A stretch of 39,163 nt of DNA, from the IMG/VR virus record IMGVR_UViG_2541047942_000002. One strand, written 5' to 3'. The position numbers were made by a program, and so were the translations under genes. This DNA is from a virus (lineage: Duplodnaviria; Heunggongvirae; Uroviricota; Caudoviricetes). The notes beneath the pieces were generated by a model that did no database searches, was not told where the DNA came from, and saw only the letters and a program-made list of their open reading frames with translations. Below, in pieces: positions 32,493 through 39,163 of this stretch; within the stretch, counting starts at the first letter, position 1; every line of letters starts with the position of its first letter.

Positions 32493-32706
32493 TGTTCAAC
32501 CGCCCCGCCCGCTTCGTCTTACGATATTCATCATAAACTTTGGGATCATACTGAAGCTCCCCGCCAGATGCCTCCTGTAGACGCATCGCGCGACCTTCGG
32601 GAACTAAATCCCCTTTCCAGCTATAAAGCGAAGCCAAACGAATACCTGCTGCTTGTGCAAGTTTTGTTTTTGAACCGAAATACAAAAGAGCGTCAGTTTT
32701 AAGCAT
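32476..32706 (-). CDS. dicC: Cro-like repressor DicC
   Basis: 76-aa ORF MLKTDALLYFGSKTKLAQAAGIRLASLYSWKGDLVPEGRAMRLQEASGGELQYDPKVYDEYRKTKRAGRLNNENHS; divergent from dicA. Confidence 0.9.
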   Translation of the reverse strand: MLKTDALLYFGSKTKLAQAAGIRLASLYSWKGDLVPEGRAMRLQEASGGELQYDPKVYDEYRKTKRAGRLNNENHS

Positions 32707-32789
32707 TTAAAACATCTATCTTGTTAGTCATAACTAACAAGATAGATGTTAACAAAAACATAGTCAATACGATTTAGCATTAGCTAACT
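32707..32789. promoter_or_regulatory. dicA-dicC divergent promoter/operator region with a ~38-bp near-perfect palindrome (ACATCTATCTTGTTAGT-CATA-ACTAACAAGATAGATGT)
   Basis: 17-bp inverted arms read directly at ~32711-32748; a second shorter TTAGC...GCTAA dyad lies closer to dicA. Confidence 0.7.
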
Positions 32790-33197
32790 ATGGAAACAAA
32801 AAATTTAACTATCGGCGAACGCATCAGGTATCGTCGGAAAAACCTCAAACACACCCAAAGGTCTCTTGCTAAAGCCCTGAAAATCTCCCATGTGTCTGTA
32901 TCACAATGGGAACGGGGTGATAGTGAACCTACAGGGAAGAACCTTTTTGCCCTCAGCAAAGTATTGCAATGCTCACCAACATGGATTCTATTTGGCGATG
33001 AAGACAAGCAACCAACACCACCTGTTGAGAAGCCAGTTGCCTTATCCCCCAAAGAACTAGAGCTCCTTGAGCTGTTTAATGCACTGCCAGAATCAGAACA
33101 GGATACCCAGCTCGCCGAAATGCGAGCTCGAGTAAAAAACTTCAATAAACTCTTTGAAGAATTACTAAAAGCCCGTCAGCGGACAAATAAAAGATAA
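32790..33197 (+). CDS. dicA: cI-like HTH repressor DicA
   Basis: 135-aa ORF METKNLTIGERIRYRRKNLKHTQRSLAKALKISHVSVSQWERGDSEPTGKNLFALSKVLQCSPTWILFG... with XRE-type HTH. Confidence 0.9.
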   Translation: METKNLTIGERIRYRRKNLKHTQRSLAKALKISHVSVSQWERGDSEPTGKNLFALSKVLQCSPTWILFGDEDKQPTPPVEKPVALSPKELELLELFNALPESEQDTQLAEMRARVKNFNKLFEELLKARQRTNKR

Positions 33198-33363
33198 CAT
33201 CATCAATGAGTTATCTTTTACCACATCAATTATGTTAGCTATAGCATACAAAATCACTTGACCGATATGTTAGTCATGGCTAATCTTGTTTGCATCAACA
33301 CACCGCACGGTGTTCTCAGCAAACAGTTCCGCTACCCCAGCGTTAAGGGGAAATGAGGTCAGC

Positions 33364-33519
33364 ATGGATACTATCGATCTTGGCAACAACGAATCTCTGG
33401 TGTACGGCGTGTTTCCAAACCAGGACGGCACGTTCACCGCAATGACGTATACCAAAAGCAAAACGTTTAAAACCGAAAATGGTGCCCGTCGCTGGCTGGA
33501 AAGAAACTCAGGTGAGTGA
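33364..33519 (+). CDS. ydfA: small early-left operon protein YdfA
   Basis: 51-aa product MDTIDLGNNESLVYGVFPNQDGTFTAMTYTKSKTFKTENGARRWLERNSGE from an internal ATG preceded by GAGGT. Confidence 0.7.
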   Translation: MDTIDLGNNESLVYGVFPNQDGTFTAMTYTKSKTFKTENGARRWLERNSGE

Positions 33520-33520
33520 T

Positions 33521-34096
33521 ATGGATTTCGACACAATCATGGAAAAGGCTTACGAAGAATACTTCGAAGGCCTTGCCGAAGGCGAAGAAGCTCTCAGCTT
33601 CAGTGAGTTTAAACAGGCACTCAGAATAAGAATGTGCTCTCACAATGACGCGGAGCACAAATATGAGAAGCAAAATCAGACCGCAGAAAATTTTGTTCTG
33701 GAACCCGGAGAAACGCTTTTCAAAATTCCCGTTACGTGCCCCATTTGCGGTTTTACATCAGAAGAACTTGACGACTCCTGTAACAATCAGGAAACAACCA
33801 AGTATGTCGAAGATGATACCGAGTGCGCACGAAGAACGATTATATCCACGAGTCCAAACTCCAGGACCAATAAATCTCACTATGAGAGGGTGATTAATCC
33901 ACTCCCCCAAACCAATAAAAAAGATGCCGGAGGACAAAAAACCCAATGGAACAACGGGATATCTGTCAAAAAAAGACGTTCCATTAAAGACAAACAACGC
34001 AGCGCCAACAACTGTAAGCGCTTTATACCAGTAATCAATTTTCATGTTCTTAAGCGGATTTATTGGTGGTTGCGACATTGCTTAATGAATCCTTAA
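33521..34096 (+). CDS. YdfB/YdfC-like protein as a single uninterrupted ORF (acidic N-terminus, CPICG zinc-ribbon-like motif, low-complexity basic C-terminus); 3' extent uncertain
   Basis: ATG at 33521 overlapping the ydfA stop (MDFDTIMEKAYEEYFEGLAEGEEALSFSEFKQAL...); a hydrophobic antisense ORF (33758-34078) covers the C-terminal half, so the true end is unclear. Confidence 0.45.
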   Translation: MDFDTIMEKAYEEYFEGLAEGEEALSFSEFKQALRIRMCSHNDAEHKYEKQNQTAENFVLEPGETLFKIPVTCPICGFTSEELDDSCNNQETTKYVEDDTECARRTIISTSPNSRTNKSHYERVINPLPQTNKKDAGGQKTQWNNGISVKKRRSIKDKQRSANNCKRFIPVINFHVLKRIYWWLRHCLMNP

Positions 34097-34355
34097 AACT
34101 GTGGTGATTTTAAGGATACCACCTCGCCTGACGTGGTTAAAAGCAGGCACACAACACGAAAGCGCACGGCGAAGTTCGTCTCACTGTACGGTGTCGTTAA
34201 ATTTAATTCGACCGTGCGCTTCCGGTTGTGGCAACCCGCAAAATGGCGCGGCGGTAAGTATGGCGGGGTTATTCCTTCCCCGTTGAGGACACCGGGTTGT
34301 CAGGTTGACCATACGCTTAAGTGACAACCCCGCTGCAACGCCCTCTGTTATCAAT

Positions 34356-34413
34356 TTTCTGGTGACGTTTGGCGGTATCAGTTTTACTCCGTGACTGCTC
34401 TGCCGCCCTTTTT
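34356..34413 (+). ncRNA. dicF: DicF small regulatory RNA (ftsZ-targeting) with its intrinsic terminator
   Basis: Sequence TTTCTGGTGACGTTTGGCGGTATCAGTTTTACTCCGTGACTGCTCTGCCGCCCTTTTT matches DicF as I recall it; GGCGG...CCGCC stem plus U-tract; located between the ydfB/C-like ORF and dicB. Confidence 0.8.
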
Positions 34414-34582
34414 AAAGTGAATTTTGTGATGCGGTGAATACGGCTAAGCGCACGCGGAACAGTTAAAACCAAAAACAGTGTTATGGGTGGATTCTCTGTA
34501 TCCGACGTTAATTGTTAACTGGTTAACGTCACCTGGAGGCACCAGGCACTGCATCACAAAATTCATTGTTGAGGACGCGATA

Positions 34583-34771
34583 ATGAAAACGTTATTACCA
34601 AACGTTAATACGTCTGAAGGTTGTTTTGAAATTGGTGTCACTATCAGTAACCCTGTATTTACTGAAGATGCCATTAACAAGAGAAAACAAGAACGGGAGC
34701 TATTAAATAAAATATGCATTGTTTCAATGCTGGCTCGTTTACGTCTGATGCCAAAAGGATGTGCACAATGA
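34583..34771 (+). CDS. dicB: cell-division inhibitor DicB (MinC-activating)
   Basis: 62-aa product MKTLLPNVNTSEGCFEIGVTISNPVFTEDAINKRKQERELLNKICIVSMLARLRLMPKGCAQ from the ATG at 34583. Confidence 0.9.
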   Translation: MKTLLPNVNTSEGCFEIGVTISNPVFTEDAINKRKQERELLNKICIVSMLARLRLMPKGCAQ

Positions 34772-34959
34772 ATTCAGCATTTGCGCTTGTTCTGACAGTT
34801 TTTCTTGTTTCCGGAGTGCCAGTTGATATTGCAGTCAGTGTTCACAGGACAATGCAGGAGTGTATGACTGCAGCAACCGAACAGAAAATTCCCGGTAACT
34901 GTTACCCGGTCGATAAAGTTATTCACCAGGATAATATCGAAATCCCGGCAGGTCTTTAA
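34768..34959 (+). CDS. ydfD: small membrane protein YdfD (reported lysis-inducing protein)
   Basis: 63-aa product MNSAFALVLTVFLVSGVPVDIAVSVHRTMQECMTAATEQKIPGNCYPVDKVIHQDNIEIPAGL; ATG overlaps the dicB stop (ATGA); N-terminal TM helix. Confidence 0.8.
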   Translation: MNSAFALVLTVFLVSGVPVDIAVSVHRTMQECMTAATEQKIPGNCYPVDKVIHQDNIEIPAGL

Positions 34960-35052
34960 AACAGTTCCGTAATAAATATCCGGTTTCATTCTTATATGCC
35001 AGCAATGGCAGGGATTTGTTCATCCTTAAATCTGTCATGAGGTTAAAACAAA

Positions 35053-37524
35053 ATGAGTAAAGTCTTTATTTGCGCCGCTATTCCTGACGAACTGGCAACA
35101 AGGGAAGAAGGCGCTGTGGCTGTAGCCACAGCCATTGAAGCTGGCGACGAACGCCGTGCTCGAGCAAAATTTCACTGGCAGTTCCTGGAACATTATCCGG
35201 CTGCTCAGGACTGCGCTTATAAATTTATTGTCTGCGAGGATAAACCTGGCATACCCCGCCCTGCCCTCGATTCATGGGATGCTGAATATATGCAGGAAAA
35301 CCGCTGGGATGAGGAGTCTGCTTCTTTTGTCCCGGTTGAGACTGAATCCGATCCGATGAACGTCACTTTTGACAAGCTGGCCCCTGAAGTACAGAACGCT
35401 GTCATGGTTAAGTTCGACACATGTGAAAACATCACCGTTGATATGGTTATTAGCGCACAGGAATTGTTGCAGGAAGACATGGCAACATTCGACGGACATA
35501 TCGTTGAAGCGTTGATGAAAATGCCAGAAGTTAACGCCATGTATCCGGAGCTTAAGTTGCACGCCATTGGGTGGGTTAAGCATAAATGTATTCCTGGTGC
35601 TAAATGGCCCGAAATTCAGGCAGAGATGCGCATCTGGAAAAAACGTCGCGAAGGTGAACGCAAGGAAACCGGAAAATACACGTCTGTTGTTGATCTCGCC
35701 CGCGCCAGAGCCAATCAACAGTACACTGAAAATTCAACAGGAAAAATCAGCCCGGTCATTGCTGCCATTCATCGCGAATACAAGCAGACATGGAAAACAC
35801 TGGATGACGAACTGGCCTACGCTCTCTGGCCTGGTGATGTGGATGCCGGAAACATTGACGGCAGCATCCATCGCTGGGCAAAAAAAGAAGTTATCGACAA
35901 CGACCGCGAAGACTGGAAGCGTATCTCGGCATCAATGCGCAAACAGCCTGATGCCCTTCGCTACGACCGCCAAACTATTTTTGGCCTTGTCCGTGAGCGT
36001 CCGATCGACATTCACAAAGATCCCGTAGCACTGAACAAATATATCTGCGAATACCTGACGACAAAGGGCGTGTTTGAGAATGAAGAAACAGACCTGGGCA
36101 CTGTTGATGTTCTCCAGTCATCAGAAACACAAACTGATGCAGTGGAAACTGAGGTATCTGATATCCCAAAAAATGAAACCGCGCCGGAAGCTGAACCATC
36201 TGTAGAGCGTGAGGGGCCGTTCTATTTCCTCTTCGCAGATAAGGACGGAGAAAAATACGGTCGCGCAAACAAACTTTCTGGTCTGGATAAGGCACTGGCT
36301 GCTGGCGCCACTGAAATCACAAAAGAAGAATATTTTGCCCGAAAAAATGGCACATACACGGGCTTACCGCAAAATGTAGATACCGCTGAAGATTCAGAAC
36401 AACCAGAGCCGATAAAAGTTACCGCTGACGAAGTAAACAAAATTATGCAGGCAGCCAATATCAGCCAGCCTGACGCCGATAAGTTGCTTGCTGCATCACG
36501 TGGTGAATTTGTTGAAGGGATTAGTGACCCGAATGATCCGAAATGGGTTAAGGGGATCCAGACCCGCGATTCTGTGAACCAGAACCAGCATGAATCGGAA
36601 CGGAACTACCAAAAAGCGGAACAAAACAGTCCAAATGCGTTACAAAACGAGCCAGAAACGAAACAGCCTGAACCAGTGGCGCAACAGGAAGTGGAAAAAG
36701 CCTGCACCGCCTGCGGTCAGACCGGCGGCGGCAACTGCCCTGATTGTGGCGCGGTGATGGGCGACGCAACATACCAAGAAACATTCGATGAAGAGTATCA
36801 GGTTGAAGTTCAGGAAGATGATCCGGAGGAAATGGAAGGCGCTGAACATCCACACAAGGAGAACACTGGCGGCAATCAGCATCACAATAGCGATAATGAA
36901 ACTGGCGAGACGGCAGATCACCCAATTAAGGTGAACGGTCATCACGAAATCACATCCACCAGCAGGACGTGTGACCATCTAATGATCGACCTTGAAACCA
37001 TGGGAAAAAATCCTGATGCCCCGATCATCTCAATAGGTGCAATATTTTTCGATCCGCAAACCGGAGATATGGGACCGGAATTTAGTAAGACTATCGATCT
37101 GGAAACTGCTGGCGGAGTCATTGATCGGGACACCATTAAATGGTGGCTTAAGCAATCACGCGAAGCGCAATCTGCCATTATGACCGATGAAATCCCGTTA
37201 GATGATGCACTGTTACAATTGCGGGAATTTATCGACGAAAACTCCGGTGAATTTTTTGTTCAGGTTTGGGGAAATGGAGCCAACTTCGACAACACGATTT
37301 TGCGCCGTTCATACGAACGGCAGGGGATCCCCTGCCCGTGGCGTTACTACAACGATCGCGATGTACGCACAATCGTTGAGCTGGGGAAAGCCATAGACTT
37401 CGATGCCAGAACGGCTATTCCATTCGAAGGTGAGCGCCATAATGCACTTGATGACGCCCGTTACCAGGCAAAATACGTTTCAGTTATCTGGCAAAAACTG
37501 ATCCCGAGTCAGGCTGATTCTTAA
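35053..37524 (+). CDS. ydfE: full-length YdfE-like multidomain protein: N-terminal region of unknown function, central CxxC...CxxC zinc ribbon, C-terminal DEDDh (DnaQ-like) 3'-5' exonuclease domain
   Basis: 823-aa ATG-initiated ORF; C-terminal motifs Exo I MIDLETMG, Exo II WGNGANFDNTIL, Exo III ERHNALDDARYQAKY; zinc ribbon CTACGQTGGGNCPDCG; located between ydfD and xis. Confidence 0.8.
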   Translation: MSKVFICAAIPDELATREEGAVAVATAIEAGDERRARAKFHWQFLEHYPAAQDCAYKFIVCEDKPGIPRPALDSWDAEYMQENRWDEESASFVPVETESDPMNVTFDKLAPEVQNAVMVKFDTCENITVDMVISAQELLQEDMATFDGHIVEALMKMPEVNAMYPELKLHAIGWVKHKCIPGAKWPEIQAEMRIWKKRREGERKETGKYTSVVDLARARANQQYTENSTGKISPVIAAIHREYKQTWKTLDDELAYALWPGDVDAGNIDGSIHRWAKKEVIDNDREDWKRISASMRKQPDALRYDRQTIFGLVRERPIDIHKDPVALNKYICEYLTTKGVFENEETDLGTVDVLQSSETQTDAVETEVSDIPKNETAPEAEPSVEREGPFYFLFADKDGEKYGRANKLSGLDKALAAGATEITKEEYFARKNGTYTGLPQNVDTAEDSEQPEPIKVTADEVNKIMQAANISQPDADKLLAASRGEFVEGISDPNDPKWVKGIQTRDSVNQNQHESERNYQKAEQNSPNALQNEPETKQPEPVAQQEVEKACTACGQTGGGNCPDCGAVMGDATYQETFDEEYQVEVQEDDPEEMEGAEHPHKENTGGNQHHNSDNETGETADHPIKVNGHHEITSTSRTCDHLMIDLETMGKNPDAPIISIGAIFFDPQTGDMGPEFSKTIDLETAGGVIDRDTIKWWLKQSREAQSAIMTDEIPLDDALLQLREFIDENSGEFFVQVWGNGANFDNTILRRSYERQGIPCPWRYYNDRDVRTIVELGKAIDFDARTAIPFEGERHNALDDARYQAKYVSVIWQKLIPSQADS

Positions 37525-37596
37525 TGTTCAACTGTCGCCGGTTGTGACTGGTATTCTGCAACCGGCGCTCGTCTGATGTAAGAGATAAAGAAATCG

Positions 37597-37848
37597 ATGA
37601 GCGAAGTAATCATGATTGTCTCTCCCGGCAAATGGGTATCCGAAGAGCAGTTAATTGCGCTGAAAGGAATAAAAAAAGGTACGTTAAAAAAGGCCCGGGA
37701 AAAATCGTTTATGGAAGGAAGGGAATATAAGCATGTCGCTCATGACGGTATGCCATGGGATAACAGTCCATGCTTTTACAACCTGGAAGAAATTGATCGC
37801 TGGATTGAGCGCCAGGCATCAGCGAGACCAAGACGTCATCTTACTTGA
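37597..37848 (+). CDS. putative excisionase / small DNA-binding protein
   Basis: 83-aa ORF directly upstream of the integrase; position-based call. Confidence 0.55.
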   Translation: MSEVIMIVSPGKWVSEEQLIALKGIKKGTLKKAREKSFMEGREYKHVAHDGMPWDNSPCFYNLEEIDRWIERQASARPRRHLT

Positions 37849-37867
37849 CTAAAAGCCACACTAACTA

Positions 37868-39163
37868 ATGAGAGAAGTTGAAATGAAATATCCGACAGGC
37901 GTGGAAAACCATGGAGGGAAATTACGTATCTGGTTTGTTTATAAAGGCGTAAGAGTCAGGGAAAATCTGGGGGTTCCTGACACAGCAAAAAACAGGCGCG
38001 TTGCAGGTGAACTACGCTCCTCTGTTTGTTACGCAATAAAAACTGGTGTTTTCGACTATGCAAAACAGTTTCCCTCCTCACGCAATCTGGAAAAATTTGG
38101 TGAGGCCCGACAAGATTTAACCATAAAAGAACTGGTTGAAAAATTTCTGGCACTGAAAGAAACTGAAGTCGCCAAAACATCACTCAACACATACCGTGCC
38201 GTCATCAAAAATATCCTGAGCATAATCGGTGAAAAAAATCTTGCCTCATCGATTAATAAAGAAAAATTACTGGAGGTTCGTAAAGAGCTACTGACTGGAT
38301 ACCAGATCCCCAAAAGTAACTATATTGTTACACAACCAGGGAGATCGGCTGTAACTGTAAATAATTACATGACAAATCTTAACGCCGTGTTCCAGTTTGG
38401 TGTTGATAACGGTTACCTGGCAGATAATCCGTTTAAGGGGATCTCGCCATTAAAGGAATCAAGAACCATTCCGGATCCTCTTTCGCGGGAGGAATTTATC
38501 CGTCTTATCGATGCGTGCAGAAATCAGCAAGCAAAAAATTTATGGTGTGTTTCTGTTTATACTGGCGTTCGCCCTGGTGAGCTGTGTGCACTTGGATGGG
38601 AGGACATAGATCTGAAAAATGGAACAATGATGATCAGGAGAAATTTAGCAAAAGACCGTTTCACGGTACCAAAAACACAGGCGGGAACCAATCGGGTCAT
38701 TCATCTTATTAAGCCAGCAATCGACGCTCTCCGGAGTCAGATGACATTAACGAGACTGAGCAAAGAGCATATCATTGATGTTCACCTCAGAGAGTATGGC
38801 AGAACAGAAAAACAAAAATGCACCTTTGTTTTTCAACCTGAAGTGTCAGCGAGAGTAAAAAATTATGGTGACCATTTTACCGTTGACTCAATAAGGCAGA
38901 TGTGGGACGCAGCGATAAAACGTGCCGGACTCCGCCATCGAAAATCATATCAGTCGAGACATACTTATGCCTGCTGGTCGCTGACAGCTGGTGCTAACCC
39001 GGCATTTATAGCAAACCAGATGGGCCATGCAGATGCGCAAATGGTATTTCAGGTATACGGAAAATGGATGTCTGAAAACAATAATGCACAGGTAGCTTTG
39101 TTAAATACACAGTTAAGCGAGTTTGCCCCAACCATGCCCCATAACGAAGCAATGAAAAATTAA
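37868..39163 (+). CDS. intQ: tyrosine site-specific integrase (complete; stop codon is the last three bases of the window)
   Basis: 431-aa ORF with C-terminal tyrosine-recombinase catalytic region (R...HxxR...Y: YTGVRPGE, SRHTYACW, MGHADAQMVFQVYGKW); terminal position in the prophage next to xis. Confidence 0.85.
   Translation: MREVEMKYPTGVENHGGKLRIWFVYKGVRVRENLGVPDTAKNRRVAGELRSSVCYAIKTGVFDYAKQFPSSRNLEKFGEARQDLTIKELVEKFLALKETEVAKTSLNTYRAVIKNILSIIGEKNLASSINKEKLLEVRKELLTGYQIPKSNYIVTQPGRSAVTVNNYMTNLNAVFQFGVDNGYLADNPFKGISPLKESRTIPDPLSREEFIRLIDACRNQQAKNLWCVSVYTGVRPGELCALGWEDIDLKNGTMMIRRNLAKDRFTVPKTQAGTNRVIHLIKPAIDALRSQMTLTRLSKEHIIDVHLREYGRTEKQKCTFVFQPEVSARVKNYGDHFTVDSIRQMWDAAIKRAGLRHRKSYQSRHTYACWSLTAGANPAFIANQMGHADAQMVFQVYGKWMSENNNAQVALLNTQLSEFAPTMPHNEAMKN

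Noticed and set aside
37525-37596. Hairpin GCCGGTTG...CAACCGGC between ydfE and xis as a terminator
   Set aside because: 8-bp stem but a 14-nt loop and no following U-tract on either strand; more likely a protein-binding dyad or nothing.

Overview
This window is almost entirely one lambdoid prophage, lying in reverse orientation and resembling an intact relative of the E. coli K-12 Qin (Kim) cryptic prophage joined to a lambda-type head/tail module. Reading left to right: the lambda-like morphogenesis genes on the minus strand (J, partial at the window edge, then I, K, L, M, H, T/G, V, U, Z, FII, FI, E, D, C, B, W, A, Nu1); a lambda-type cos site (~17143-17154); an IS3 copy with a 3-bp target duplication; gnsB and cspI; a phage-21-type lysis cassette (pinholin, SAR endolysin, Rz with embedded Rz1); cspB/cspF; the late promoter pR' with its tR' hairpin; antiterminator Q; ydfU and rem; the relB-relE-hokD toxin-antitoxin operon; flxA with a sigma-28 promoter; a second DDE transposase; replication genes with an iteron origin; the dicC/dicA immunity switch; and the early-left operon ydfA, dicF sRNA, dicB, ydfD, a full-length 823-aa YdfE-like protein, excisionase and integrase (ending at the last base of the window). 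I found no CRISPR array, rRNA or convincing tRNA. Nearly everything is explained by known lambda/Qin biology, so I do not claim a clearly novel system. The least-characterised candidates are the intact YdfE-like protein with a C-terminal DEDDh 3'-5' exonuclease signature, the ambiguous sense/antisense ORF pair upstream of dicF, and the transposase insertion with unresolved ends. All identifications come from reading the sequence and recalled protein families; no database search was run, and coordinates I derived by hand may be off by 1-2 nt.
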